A stretch of 64,000 bases of DNA from assembly GCA_946627325.1 (NCBI GenBank), contig CAMOVK010000001.1, positions 80,304 through 144,303 of the forward strand, written 5' to 3'. Source of the DNA: an uncultured Prevotella sp. GTDB lineage: Bacteria; Bacteroidota; Bacteroidia; Bacteroidales; Bacteroidaceae. Positions 21,271 through 31,757 of the stretch are shown here, piece by piece. Positions within the stretch are counted from its first letter, which is position 1. The number at the start of each line of letters is the position of its first letter. Below the pieces are notes generated by a model. It searched no databases, was not told where the DNA came from, and saw only the letters and a program-made list of their open reading frames with translations. A program made the translations under genes and the position numbers.

Positions 21271-22707
21271 TCAGAACGATATAGTTCCCTGAATATTTTC
21301 TGTCTGTTCGGGCTTATTTTGGTCGCTGACGTCGCCCTTACCTATCTTGCGTATCTCGTCGTTGCCTGTCTTTGTACGCTTGTAGGTGGGTGTGGTATCA
21401 ACGGCAAGGATAACATCATCGTTGTCAAGGTCTTCGAAACTGAAGATATAGACGTTCGAACGGCGCTTAGTGGGCTTCGTATTCGCACCACCACCGTAAT
21501 ACTGACCGCGACGTATATCACGCTCCTTCTTTTGTTGCTCTTCTTGAATTTCCTTGTCTATTTGCTCTTGTGTGCGAGCTTGCAAGCGATTTTCCATACC
21601 ATCGACGATACTGATTCCGAAACCAGTGGCAAGGATTGTAATCTTAACCTTGCTGCCCAAAGACTGGTCGATGGTCATACCCCATTTTATTTCGAAATCG
21701 GTACCAAATTTCGCCATGAAGTTATGGATATAGTTCATCTCTTCCATCATAAGTCCCGACGATGGGTCGTTATCTTCAGCAGCAAAAGCAATGTTGAGCA
21801 ATATCTTCTTCGAATTAAAAATATCGTTATCGTTGAGCAGTGGCGAGTTGAGTGCATCGTTGATGGCATCTTGCACTCGGCTCTCGCCTTCGCCATAGCC
21901 CATGGACATGATTGCCACACCTCCGTCTTTCAATACGGTGCGCACATCGTTGAAGTCGAGGTTTATTCGTCCGCGCGTAGTTATGATTTCCGCTATCGAC
22001 TTGGCTGCTATCGAGAGTATGTCGTCTGCCTTATCGAAAGAATTAAGCACCGACAGGTCGCTGTAAATCTCGCGCAAACGCTCATTATTGATGACCAACA
22101 ACGCGTCAACATGCTTTGCCATTTCTTCCACTCCATCGAGCGCTTTGTCGATTTTGGTAGGTCCTTCCCAAAGGAAAGGTATGGTGACGATTCCGACGGT
22201 CAGTATGTCTAACTCCTTAGATATGCGCGCTACGACTGGAGCTGCACCCGTTCCAGTTCCTCCGCCCATACCTGCTGTGATAAAGGTCATGCGTGTGCCG
22301 TCGTTGAGCATATTCTTTATCGACGCTGCTGTGTCTTCGGCTGCTTCACGGGCTTTTTCTGGCTTGTCACCAGCACCAAGACCTTCCTTACCCAACTGCA
22401 GATGTACTGGCACGGGACTATCGCTCAAAGCCTGACTGTCAGTGTTGCATACGGCGAAATCCACATCGTGTATTCCTTCCTTGTACATGTGGTTTACAGC
22501 ATTGCCTCCACCTCCACCTACTCCCACGACTTTGATGATGCATTTTTTTTTGTCGGGTTGTCCGAAATCGAGCGAGGGCTGCCCAGCTTGGAAGGTGTTG
22601 CGACTTTCGGTCGGCTGTGGGTTTGTCTGCTGCACAGGAGCATCGGTTCTATCGTCTATTGGGTCTCCAAAATCGAGAATTCCCATTGTATTATCTCTTT
22701 CTTTCAT
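21271..22707 (-). CDS. ftsZ: cell division protein FtsZ
   Basis: GVGGGGGNAV, AGMGGGTGTG, INLDFNDV. Confidence 0.97.
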   Translation of the reverse strand: MKERDNTMGILDFGDPIDDRTDAPVQQTNPQPTESRNTFQAGQPSLDFGQPDKKKCIIKVVGVGGGGGNAVNHMYKEGIHDVDFAVCNTDSQALSDSPVPVHLQLGKEGLGAGDKPEKAREAAEDTAASIKNMLNDGTRMTFITAGMGGGTGTGAAPVVARISKELDILTVGIVTIPFLWEGPTKIDKALDGVEEMAKHVDALLVINNERLREIYSDLSVLNSFDKADDILSIAAKSIAEIITTRGRINLDFNDVRTVLKDGGVAIMSMGYGEGESRVQDAINDALNSPLLNDNDIFNSKKILLNIAFAAEDNDPSSGLMMEEMNYIHNFMAKFGTDFEIKWGMTIDQSLGSKVKITILATGFGISIVDGMENRLQARTQEQIDKEIQEEQQKKERDIRRGQYYGGGANTKPTKRRSNVYIFSFEDLDNDDVILAVDTTPTYKRTKTGNDEIRKIGKGDVSDQNKPEQTENIQGTISF

Positions 22708-22763
22708 TGCGTATTCGTGTTTAGGATTGTCAAAATTAAGAAATATATGGTATATAAATTAGT

Positions 22764-24224
22764 TTAGTCGGTCTTGTCGTTTACTATCTGAATGACAAAC
22801 TTCTTGAAGCCTCCCACAATCTTGCTGAAAATGTTGTTAGATGGTCTGCTATCGCCTTTGTCACCATCTTCGGAATCAACATCGTTGTCGTCGCCGGTAT
22901 TTGAACCGTTAGCTCTCTCCTTACTGATACGTTCGGCTTCAGCTTGCTCCATCTCCTTGCCTGTAGGTATCACGCCTCGTTCGGTCTCGCCAGGCTTTCT
23001 CGGAGGGCGCTGCTCTTGATGTTCACCTTCAGTAAGGGCGTCATCTTCAAAGATATTCTTAGTAGCCTCTGTCAAATCCTTACCCGCACAATTCATGTTG
23101 CCACGCGCCAAGAGACCTAAGATGGTGTTCATCATGCAGTTTTCCGACTTTATGTCGGCATCACTCGTATTGATGGTACACGTCACGCTGCGTGCTATAC
23201 GCACTTTTTCCATCTTCGTATAAATGCGGAATGCTCTGTCGATGTTCCGCAAATTTGCTCCTCCGCCTGTGATTATTATACCTCCGAGAAGCCTATCTGC
23301 ATACTCACCAGGCACTTGAGACTTGACATTCTCTATGATTTCCTGCACTCTTCCTTCGATAATCTCGAGGAATTTGCGCTTTTCTACCGAGCGGTCGGTG
23401 TCAATAGGTATCATCTCGGCGGTGTCGAGTTCAGCTTCGTCGGTCCAAGCCGAGCCATACTGCAACTTCAAACGCTCTGCATCGCTCTCCTCGAGTTGAA
23501 GCGAAGAAATATCTTTTGTTATGTTATTACCTCCCAGCGGTATCACAGCGAGGTGGCGGAGTATGTTTTTATAATATACCGACACCGTCGTTGTGTCTGC
23601 TCCAAGGTCAACAAGCATACATCCGATACGCTTTTCCGACTCCGTCAGCACGCTATCGGCAAGCATGAGGGGCGCAAGAAGCATGTCGGCGATAGGTATT
23701 CCTGCAGTCTCGAAGCAAAGGTTCAGATTTTTATAGAACGACTTTCTCCAAAGGATATTCAATATGTTTCCTTCCAGATGGGTACATGGTATGCCAACAG
23801 GGTCTAACTGATGCTGTGTTCCGACACGATATTCTTGTGCTTCAGCATATAGGATTTCCTGGTCTGGATACGACATCGCACGATTGGTATCCATGAGTTC
23901 ATCTACTATTTGCTGCGTCACTATCTCTTCTTTGTCAAACGAACGGACAATGACATTCTTGATGCTTCGAATCGATTGTCCTCCCACTCCGATATATACC
24001 TGTGCTATCTCGGTGCGCAACTGTTGTCGTAAGCGCTCGATAATGTTGCTCAGACAAGCACAAGTCTTATCGATATTGTAAATCACTCCCTTTCGGATAC
24101 ACTGCCGTGAGTCCTCCTTTACGACTGCGAGGATAGTGATACTACCATCGGCATTCTTTCTTCCGGCTATTCCGGTAATTTTAGACGAGCCTAATTCTAT
24201 GGCTACTACGAAATCTTTTACCAT
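22764..24224 (-). CDS. ftsA: cell division protein FtsA
   Basis: IELGSSKI, VDLGADTT, PLGGNNIT, ITGGGA; dcw position. Confidence 0.95.
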   Translation of the reverse strand: MVKDFVVAIELGSSKITGIAGRKNADGSITILAVVKEDSRQCIRKGVIYNIDKTCACLSNIIERLRQQLRTEIAQVYIGVGGQSIRSIKNVIVRSFDKEEIVTQQIVDELMDTNRAMSYPDQEILYAEAQEYRVGTQHQLDPVGIPCTHLEGNILNILWRKSFYKNLNLCFETAGIPIADMLLAPLMLADSVLTESEKRIGCMLVDLGADTTTVSVYYKNILRHLAVIPLGGNNITKDISSLQLEESDAERLKLQYGSAWTDEAELDTAEMIPIDTDRSVEKRKFLEIIEGRVQEIIENVKSQVPGEYADRLLGGIIITGGGANLRNIDRAFRIYTKMEKVRIARSVTCTINTSDADIKSENCMMNTILGLLARGNMNCAGKDLTEATKNIFEDDALTEGEHQEQRPPRKPGETERGVIPTGKEMEQAEAERISKERANGSNTGDDNDVDSEDGDKGDSRPSNNIFSKIVGGFKKFVIQIVNDKTD

Positions 24225-24228
24225 ATAT

Positions 24229-25146
24229 TCAGTTTTGAGTTTTATTGTTTTCTTGATTGTTTGGTTGTTTGTTTTGTTCTTGAGAGGTTGTTTCCTGCGA
24301 AGGAGTTTCTTCTGTCGCAGTCTGTTCGGTCAGTGTGTTTGTTCCAGAATTTTCGTGTTCATTGTTTCGTTTACAAATAATCTGGTTGTCGAATTCGATG
24401 TCTATATACTTATAACGTTGCCATCCCACCTTTGTCAGTCCATACCGATAGAATTTTTCGAGTCGCTCGAGTTTTACCTGAAGCATTTCTTCTATGGCTT
24501 TGTTTCTCCGTTTCGCATCGTTTATTTCGGGCAGTCTTCCTATTTTTACGATGTGGTTTCCTACTCTTGGTACGAGTTCAACGGACATATTTGGTAGTAT
24601 ATTGATTTGTTCTATTTGGTTTCTCCACAATTCGCTTGCCATGATATGCTTTGCGAGTGGTGTAATATATAGTCTTGCGTATCGTCTGTTTATTTTTCCA
24701 GTTGCTATTATTAGGTCTGAAGTATATTTTGAATTGGGCATGATTCCTCCTTTATCGTCTAAGTAGTAGTCGTCGGAAGAGTCGCTTTTGATTCTCACGA
24801 GCGGTGTTCGTTGTGTGATTTTTATATAGAATATTCCTCCTATTGTTTTGTAACATTCTGCTGTATTTACGAAAGGGGCTTCCTTCAGGTAGTCTTCTAC
24901 TTGTCTTGGGTCTATGCGTGTTAGTGGATTATTCTTTGGGAATAGTTGTTTTTCGTTCAGCATTTGTTTTATTTCCTCTGGTTTGAGGAATGCGTTTACG
25001 CTTTCATCTGCTATGTCGATTGCTACATTATTGCATAGTTTCCCGTCGTCTTTCGGGTTGTTGAAAGCCGTAATTGCGAGCAGCAGGTATATTGCCAGCA
25101 GGGTGTCGAGAGTGATTATTGATGTTTTTTTCCAGTTAATTTTCAT
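24229..25146 (-). CDS. ftsQ: cell division protein FtsQ
   Basis: N-terminal TM helix; QRTP...; located between murC and ftsA. Confidence 0.85.
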   Translation of the reverse strand: MKINWKKTSIITLDTLLAIYLLLAITAFNNPKDDGKLCNNVAIDIADESVNAFLKPEEIKQMLNEKQLFPKNNPLTRIDPRQVEDYLKEAPFVNTAECYKTIGGIFYIKITQRTPLVRIKSDSSDDYYLDDKGGIMPNSKYTSDLIIATGKINRRYARLYITPLAKHIMASELWRNQIEQINILPNMSVELVPRVGNHIVKIGRLPEINDAKRRNKAIEEMLQVKLERLEKFYRYGLTKVGWQRYKYIDIEFDNQIICKRNNEHENSGTNTLTEQTATEETPSQETTSQEQNKQPNNQENNKTQN

Positions 25147-25158
25147 CTATGTGCTGTG

Positions 25159-26529
25159 TCAGTGTTTTATATTTTTCATTATTTCTGGCATTTTCATGTC
25201 GAGGTCTCCTGCTCCGAGAATTACGAGTACGTCGAATTTGCGTTTTGCTACGTAATCTACTACTTTGTCGAGAGGTATTATTTCTCGTTTGATATCTGGT
25301 CTTAGGCAGTCGTATATGATTTTCGATGTTACTCCCTCGATTGGTTTTTCTCTTGCGGGGTATATGTCGGTAAGTACCACTTCGTCGAGTATGTTCAGTG
25401 CTTCTGCAAATTCTCGATAGAAGTCTTTTGTTCTCGAGTATAGATGTGGTTGGAATATCACTGTTATTGTTCTATCGTTATAGATTTGTCGGAGGCTTTT
25501 TGCACTTTCGAGTATTTCTTTTGGATGGTGTGCGTAGTCGCTTATCAGTACGAGTTCTGGTGTTTTTATTTTGAAGTCGAATCGTCGTTCTGCTCCTTGG
25601 AATGTTTTCATTCCGTTTTTCAGTTCATCTGCATTGCATCCGACGAGTTGTGCCATTGCCATTGCTCCGATGCTGTTTTCGATATTGATTGGTATTGGCA
25701 GTCCGAGTTGTATGTTGCTGACCGACTCTATTGGGCTTACGAAATCGAAGCTTATTTCTCCGTTTTCGATGCGTATGTTTTCGGCATGGAAGTCTCCTTT
25801 GTCTCGGCTATATGTGTATAGTGTCACTCTTTCTGCCAGTCGAGGTTTCATTTCTACTCCTTCTCTCATGATGAGTGCTCCTCCTGGTCTTATCAGTGAT
25901 GAGTAGTGAGCAAATCCTTCGAGATAGTTTTCCTTTGTTCCGTAGATGTCGAGGTGGTCTGGGTCGGTCGAAGTGATTACTGAAATGTATGGGTGCAGCC
26001 AGTGGAATGATCGGTCGTATTCGTCGGCTTCGATTACTACATAATCGCTGTCGGATAGTATGTAGTTTGTTCCATAGTTTTTTGATATTCCTCCGAGGAA
26101 TGCGTTGCAATCGATATGGCTTTGATGTAGAATATGTGCGCACATTGTTGATGTGGTTGTCTTTCCATGTGTTCCGGCTACGCAGAGTGCTTTATGTGCG
26201 TCGGTCAGTCGTCCGAGTACCTGTGCTCTTTTTTCGATGTAGAATCCTTCGCGTCGGAAGTATTGTAGTTCGGCATGCTCCTGTGGTACTGCTGGTGTAT
26301 ATACGACAAGTGTTGACTCTCTTTTTTTGCATTTTCTTGGTATAGCTTCTACGTTTTCTTCGTAGTGTATGTCGGCTCCTTCGTTTTGGAGTTGCATAGT
26401 GAGTTCGGTTGGAGTTTTGTCGTATCCAGCCACGACGAGTCCTTTATGCAAGAAGTATCGTGCTATGGCGCTCATTCCGATTCCTCCTACTCCTATGAAA
26501 TATACTGCTTTTATCTGATTGAAGTCCAT
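25159..26529 (-). CDS. murC: UDP-N-acetylmuramate--L-alanine ligase
   Basis: FIGVGGIGMS, AGTHGKTTT, EADEYD, DYAHHP, FQPHLYSRT. Confidence 0.97.
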   Translation of the reverse strand: MDFNQIKAVYFIGVGGIGMSAIARYFLHKGLVVAGYDKTPTELTMQLQNEGADIHYEENVEAIPRKCKKRESTLVVYTPAVPQEHAELQYFRREGFYIEKRAQVLGRLTDAHKALCVAGTHGKTTTSTMCAHILHQSHIDCNAFLGGISKNYGTNYILSDSDYVVIEADEYDRSFHWLHPYISVITSTDPDHLDIYGTKENYLEGFAHYSSLIRPGGALIMREGVEMKPRLAERVTLYTYSRDKGDFHAENIRIENGEISFDFVSPIESVSNIQLGLPIPINIENSIGAMAMAQLVGCNADELKNGMKTFQGAERRFDFKIKTPELVLISDYAHHPKEILESAKSLRQIYNDRTITVIFQPHLYSRTKDFYREFAEALNILDEVVLTDIYPAREKPIEGVTSKIIYDCLRPDIKREIIPLDKVVDYVAKRKFDVLVILGAGDLDMKMPEIMKNIKH

Positions 26530-26543
26530 TCTCTTTGGGTTGG

Positions 26544-27665
26544 TTATATGTTTGTTGTCATTCGTGCAAGTTTCAACACTTCGTCTGCGATTATTTCTGC
26601 TGAGTTTGGCAGTGCCATTGTCAGGATGTTTTCGGATAGTTTTTTGAGTTTTTCTTCGTCGTTTATTGTTTCCAGTGCGAGTTTGAGTAATTTTTCGGTT
26701 GCGCAGCAGTCTTTTACCATTAGTGCTGCCTTTCGGTTGACGAGTGCCATTGCATTCTTTGTCTGGTGGTCTTCTGCTACGTTTGGACTTGGCACTAGAA
26801 CTACTGGTTTTCCTATGAGGCAGAATTCGCTTATTGAGCTTGCTCCTGCTCTGCTCACGACGAGGTCGGCTGCTTGATAGGCTGCTCCCATGTCGGCGAT
26901 GAAATCTACCACTTTAAGGTTGGTTATCTCTCCGTATTCGGCTACAGTTTGTTTTACGGCTTGGTGATAGTATTTTCCTGTTTGTAGTATCACTTGCACG
27001 TCGGTTTGTTTTATTTCATCAAGGTGTTGTGTGATGCTTTCGTTGATTGTTCTGGCTCCAAGACTTCCTCCTACGAGCAGTAGTGTGCGACGTGCTGGGT
27101 CGAGTCCGAAACTGCGTATTGCTTCTTCTCTACTGAGGTTTGTCGTAATCAGTGATTGTCTGACGGGGTTTCCAGTGAGCAGTATTTTATCTTTTGGAAA
27201 GAATCTCTCCATACCTTCGTAGGCTACACAGATGCGTTTGGCTTTTTTTGCGAGCAGCTTATTGGTCACTCCTGCATAACTGTTCTGTTCCTGTATGAGG
27301 CATGGTATGTTCATTGCTGCAGCTGTATTGAGAGTTGGCCCACTTGCATAGCCTCCCACTCCCACTGCTACTTGTGGGCGAAATTCTTTCAGAAATCGGC
27401 GTGCCATTCGCTGGCTCTGCCATATTTTCCATAAGACTACAACGTTGCGGAGCAGGTTTTTGCGGTCGAAACCACAGATGGGCAATCCTATTATTTCGTA
27501 TCCTGCATCGGGTACTCGCTGCATTTCCATGCGCCCGAGTGCACCCACGAAGCGTATGTCGGCATCGGGACGCTTTGCCTTTATGGCATTAGCAATGGAT
27601 ATGGCTGGGAATATGTGCCCGCCAGTGCCGCCTCCGCTTATTACGATTCTCGTCTTTTCGCTCAT
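26544..27665 (-). CDS. murG: undecaprenyl-PP-MurNAc-pentapeptide N-acetylglucosaminyltransferase
   Basis: GGGTGGHIFP, GGYAS, EQNS, GNPVR, GGSLGA, SRAGA, HQTKNA. Confidence 0.97.
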   Translation of the reverse strand: MSEKTRIVISGGGTGGHIFPAISIANAIKAKRPDADIRFVGALGRMEMQRVPDAGYEIIGLPICGFDRKNLLRNVVVLWKIWQSQRMARRFLKEFRPQVAVGVGGYASGPTLNTAAAMNIPCLIQEQNSYAGVTNKLLAKKAKRICVAYEGMERFFPKDKILLTGNPVRQSLITTNLSREEAIRSFGLDPARRTLLLVGGSLGARTINESITQHLDEIKQTDVQVILQTGKYYHQAVKQTVAEYGEITNLKVVDFIADMGAAYQAADLVVSRAGASSISEFCLIGKPVVLVPSPNVAEDHQTKNAMALVNRKAALMVKDCCATEKLLKLALETINDEEKLKKLSENILTMALPNSAEIIADEVLKLARMTTNI

Positions 27666-27730
27666 GTTGGTTATCGTTTTACTTATCGTTAGTTTATCAA
27701 TTGGTTTTGTATGTCTATTCTTTCTGATTT

Positions 27731-27818
27731 GGGGAGATATGCTTTCCGTTGTGGGGAGATATGCTTTTCGACTTGGAAAGACGTGCTTTCCGATGCGAAA
27801 AGACGTGCTTTCCGAACT
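27731..27818. repeat. array 3: four 22-bp palindromic units (inside the dcw operon)
   Basis: GGGGAGATATGCTTTCCGTTGT / GGGGAGATATGCTTTTCGACTT / GGAAAGACGTGCTTTCCGATGC / GAAAAGACGTGCTTTCCGAACT. Confidence 0.92.
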
Positions 27819-27827
27819 CGTTTAGTA

Positions 27828-29117
27828 TCAGCCCGTTACAGACGCTGTATCTTCATCCTTCTTTTTTGCCCATAGGCTTACGCTTAATATAGCTCCGATG
27901 TATATGCAGTTGATGATTGTCGATGTTCCTCCTCGGCTGATTAGCGGCAGGGGCTGCCCTGTCACGGGCGCCAGTCCTACGGCAACCATCATGTTGATTA
28001 GTGCTTGGAGTGCTAAAAGCAGTGCTAATCCCATTGATAGCAGCGCAGGGAAGGTGTTCTCGCATCGATTGGCTATCCTTCCTACGCGGAACAATAGGAT
28101 TACGTATAGGAATGCTACGAATATGGCTCCGCCCAACCCCATCTCCTCGATGATGATAGCATAGATGAAATCGGAATATGCCTGTGGCAGGAAGTCGCGC
28201 TCAACACTATTACCTGGACCACGTCCTGTTATTCCCGACGAAGCTATGGCTATGCTCGAATGTCCCTCTTGGGCAAGCGAGTCGAGATTATAGTCATCAG
28301 GAGCGACCTCTGTTTTGACAAGAAACTTATTAAGTCGGTTTCGCCATGTTTTTGCTCTATGCAGTATGCTGCGGCTTTTCTTCTTCGAAGCGACCTTAGC
28401 AGCATCTGTGGCTTCGTTGGAATAGGCTTCAGCTATTACTTCTTGATTATCTGCCTGTGCCGTATCACTGCTCTCTGACTTATCGGCTGCAGCGGCAAGG
28501 AACATTCCGCCAATGATTAAGGCAATAGCTATAGTGCAAAAACCGAACAATTTCCCCAGCTGCGACATTGGAACCCTGCCTATAAACATCATTATTACCA
28601 CGACGGTAAACAATAACGCGGCTGTAGAAAGATTTTCCAATCCGATGGGCAAAATCAAACAGGCACTCATAATCAATATGTAAGGCATTGCCTTCTTGTC
28701 GGCTCCGTTTTCTGTTTGCATAGCACTCAGAATTTGAGCCACTGCCAATATGAGCGAACCCTTAGCTATCTCTGAAGGCTGAAACTGGAAAACACCTAAA
28801 TCAATCCATCGGCTACCCTCGTTGATGGTACTACCCATAATCAGCACCCATAACAATCCTATAATCGACAAACCAAGCAGAATGGGAGTGGCTATCTTGT
28901 AGTACTGGCAGCGAATGTTCATCACTATGACCGTACAAAGCCAGCCCACAGCAAAGATTGAAAAGTGGCGAATGATAGGACCCATATATCCCCGACTCTT
29001 ATAAGACAGTGAACTCGAAGCGCTATACACCTCGACTATGGAAATGATAAAGAGGAAAAAGAATACCATCCATATCACCTTGTCGCCCTTAAATATATTG
29101 TTTATTTTCTTACTCAT
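27828..29117 (-). CDS. ftsW: SEDS peptidoglycan glycosyltransferase FtsW
   Basis: RWI...FQPSEIAK, SDFIYAIIIEE, PVTGQPLPLISRGGTS. Confidence 0.95.
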   Translation of the reverse strand: MSKKINNIFKGDKVIWMVFFFLFIISIVEVYSASSSLSYKSRGYMGPIIRHFSIFAVGWLCTVIVMNIRCQYYKIATPILLGLSIIGLLWVLIMGSTINEGSRWIDLGVFQFQPSEIAKGSLILAVAQILSAMQTENGADKKAMPYILIMSACLILPIGLENLSTAALLFTVVVIMMFIGRVPMSQLGKLFGFCTIAIALIIGGMFLAAAADKSESSDTAQADNQEVIAEAYSNEATDAAKVASKKKSRSILHRAKTWRNRLNKFLVKTEVAPDDYNLDSLAQEGHSSIAIASSGITGRGPGNSVERDFLPQAYSDFIYAIIIEEMGLGGAIFVAFLYVILLFRVGRIANRCENTFPALLSMGLALLLALQALINMMVAVGLAPVTGQPLPLISRGGTSTIINCIYIGAILSVSLWAKKKDEDTASVTG

Positions 29118-29135
29118 GTATGTCGTGTGAGAGAA

Positions 29136-30473
29136 TTATAACAGGTTTCTGGCTAATGTCTTGAATTGCTCGCCTCTGTCTTCCATATTACGGAAGAGGT
29201 CGAACGATGCACAGCAGGGGCTTAGCAGCACCGTATCGCCTGGCTGAGCGAGCGAATAGCAGGCTTCGACGCAGTCTTTCATGTTGTTGGTGTCGCGGGT
29301 AGGCAGACCGAGAGAATCGAAAAAGTCGTGCAACTTGCTGTTGTCGGCTCCGAGATAGACCACTGCCCTGCACTTCTCCTTGACCAACTCGCGTATAGGC
29401 TCATAGTCGTTACCCTTGTCCTTACCACCTATAATCAGTATAGTTGGCGTCTTCATGCTCTCAAGTGCATACCAGCAGGCATCAACGTTGGTCGCTTTGG
29501 AGTCGTTGATAAACGTCACTCCACCTACTCGTGTCACGTATTCCAAGCGATGCTCTACACCCTTAAAACTGCTCAAAGCCTTGCGCAGGTCGTCCTTATC
29601 CACACCCGCAATGTTGGCAGCAATGCCAGCAGCCAGCGAATTGTAGATATTATGCTTACCTGTGAGGCTCAATTGCTCCTGCTCCATATTGAAGGGAGTA
29701 GGATATTCTATCTTATACTGACCTTCTTCAATGTAACCAATCACACCCTTGCGCTTAATTTCGGCAAACGGACAAACGGCTGCAGCAATCTGATACTTGT
29801 CTAACTCGCGCTGAATGATAGGATCATCAGCCCAGAATATGAAAGCGTCGTCAGACGTCTGATTGCGTATTATGCGCATCTTGGCATCAACATAGTTCTG
29901 CATCTCGCCTCCATAGCGGTCAAGATGGTCGGGAGTGATGTTCAGAAGAACGGCTATGTTGGCACGAAAGTCGTACATATTGTCGAGCTGGAACGAACTC
30001 AACTCTATGATATAGCAATCGTGTGGGTCTTCAGCCACTTGCAAAGCAAGCGAGCGACCTATATTGCCAGCCAGACCAACGTCGTAACCAGCATTGTGGA
30101 AGATGTGGTAAATGAGCGAAGTAGTAGTGGTCTTGCCGTTAGAACCCGTGATGCAAATCATCTTCGAGTTCGTATATCTACCTGCAAACTCTATCTCACT
30201 AATGATGGGAACACCTCTCCTTATAGCCTCTGCCACCATCGGAGCCTCGTCGGGAATACCCGGACTCTTGATGATTTCTTTGGCATTAAGAATAAAATCT
30301 GCAGTGTGCTGACACTCCTCCCACGCTATCTGCCGATCATCGAGCATTTGCTTATATCGTGGCTTGATTTGTCCCATGTCGGAAACAAACACATCGAAGC
30401 CTTCTTTCTTAGCTAAAACAGCAGCACCAACGCCGCTCTCGGCAGCACCAAGTATTACAATCCTATCGCTCAT
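29136..30473 (-). CDS. murD: UDP-MurNAc-L-Ala--D-glutamate ligase
   Basis: ITGSNGKTTT, ELSSFQL, NDSKATN, LLSPCCASFD. Confidence 0.97.
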   Translation of the reverse strand: MSDRIVILGAAESGVGAAVLAKKEGFDVFVSDMGQIKPRYKQMLDDRQIAWEECQHTADFILNAKEIIKSPGIPDEAPMVAEAIRRGVPIISEIEFAGRYTNSKMICITGSNGKTTTTSLIYHIFHNAGYDVGLAGNIGRSLALQVAEDPHDCYIIELSSFQLDNMYDFRANIAVLLNITPDHLDRYGGEMQNYVDAKMRIIRNQTSDDAFIFWADDPIIQRELDKYQIAAAVCPFAEIKRKGVIGYIEEGQYKIEYPTPFNMEQEQLSLTGKHNIYNSLAAGIAANIAGVDKDDLRKALSSFKGVEHRLEYVTRVGGVTFINDSKATNVDACWYALESMKTPTILIIGGKDKGNDYEPIRELVKEKCRAVVYLGADNSKLHDFFDSLGLPTRDTNNMKDCVEACYSLAQPGDTVLLSPCCASFDLFRNMEDRGEQFKTLARNLL

Positions 30474-30478
30474 ATATC

Positions 30479-31747
30479 CTATCTTATCTTCAGTGTTATT
30501 ATAGTCATAGCAGCCAGAATGATGCTAATAATCCAGAAACGAATGGTTATCTTAGACTCTGTAAACACATCCTTTGGTTTGGTTATCAGGTAATGGCAGT
30601 CGCTTTCAAGTTTTTCTTCCTCCATGCGAAAGTGGTCGTGGAGAGGCGCACGCTTAAAGATACGTTGCTTTCTACCGTGCTTCTTACCACGTTTATAATA
30701 TGCTACCTGCATCATTACGCTCAAACTCTCTACAAAGAACACTCCGCAGAGAATTGGCAACATCAACTCCTTGTGAATTATTATCGCACATACTGCAATA
30801 ATACCGCCTATCGTCAACGAACCAGTATCGCCCATGAACACCTGCGCTGGGTAACTGTTGAACCAGAGAAATCCAATCAACGCTCCAATGAAGGCACACA
30901 TAAAGACTACCAACTCTTGCGAGCCAGGAATATACATAATGTTCAAATACGACGCAAACTCAATATGCGAACTGACGTAGGCAAATATACCAAGAGCCAC
31001 GCCGATTATCGCACTATTGCCTGCACACATACCATCCATACCGTCGTTTAAGTTGGCACCATTACTTACTGCCGTCACTACAAAGATGGTCATTATCACA
31101 AACAAAACCCATCCTGCTGCCGTACTATGTTCACCCATGAAACCGACAACTCGAGAATAGTCGAGATTGTGACCTTTAACAAAGGGTATTGTAGTCTTCA
31201 ACGACTTCGACGGCTCTGAACGATGCTTAACAACAGTCTCCATTCCTTGACGCTCAATGGCGATATTTTCGTTGATTTTAGCATCGGGACTTGCCCACAA
31301 GACTAAACCAACAATAAGTCCAAGACCTACCTGACCTATGATTTTGAACTTCCCACGAAGACCATCCTTCTTGTGGCGGAATATCTTTATATAGTCATCA
31401 AGCCCTCCCAGCACTCCAAGCCACACCGTAGTAATTATCATTAACAACAGGTAGATGTTGCGCATACGACCCAACAACAATACTGGGACAAGTATTGAAA
31501 TTATAATGATAACCCCTCCCATCGACGGAGTTCCCGCCTTCTTCAAGCCAAAGGGATCGATTGAATTTTTACGAGCGGTCTCGGTAATCTGCTTCTTGCG
31601 CAGTTCATTTATTGCCCATTTGCCAAAGTAGATACTAATGACAAGCGACAAGATAAGAGCTAACAAAGCCCTGAACGAGATGTAGCCCCAAATATGAGAG
31701 CCTGTCACACCAAATTGGTCTAAATATCTGAATAAATAGTATAGCAT
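30479..31747 (-). CDS. mraY: phospho-N-acetylmuramoyl-pentapeptide transferase
   Basis: GTPSMGG, DDYIK, NLNDGMDG, FMGDTGS, APLH. Confidence 0.97.
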   Translation of the reverse strand: MLYYLFRYLDQFGVTGSHIWGYISFRALLALILSLVISIYFGKWAINELRKKQITETARKNSIDPFGLKKAGTPSMGGVIIIISILVPVLLLGRMRNIYLLLMIITTVWLGVLGGLDDYIKIFRHKKDGLRGKFKIIGQVGLGLIVGLVLWASPDAKINENIAIERQGMETVVKHRSEPSKSLKTTIPFVKGHNLDYSRVVGFMGEHSTAAGWVLFVIMTIFVVTAVSNGANLNDGMDGMCAGNSAIIGVALGIFAYVSSHIEFASYLNIMYIPGSQELVVFMCAFIGALIGFLWFNSYPAQVFMGDTGSLTIGGIIAVCAIIIHKELMLPILCGVFFVESLSVMMQVAYYKRGKKHGRKQRIFKRAPLHDHFRMEEEKLESDCHYLITKPKDVFTESKITIRFWIISIILAAMTIITLKIR

Positions 31748-31757
31748 AATGTTCTGT

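Noticed and set aside
21104-21292. Short ORFs over the arrays (21104-21292, 37810-38055, 47994-48266, 48168-48383)
   Set aside because: The peptides (GKHIFP, KDVLSK) are just translations of the repeat; no independent coding evidence.
21265-22212. 315-aa + strand ORF and many other antisense ORFs
   Set aside because: Shadow frames of ftsZ and other real genes, with no recognisable motifs.
27731-27818. Arrays as intrinsic terminators
   Set aside because: Stems are only 6 bp and AT-rich with no consistent U-tail, and arrays also occur between divergent promoters.
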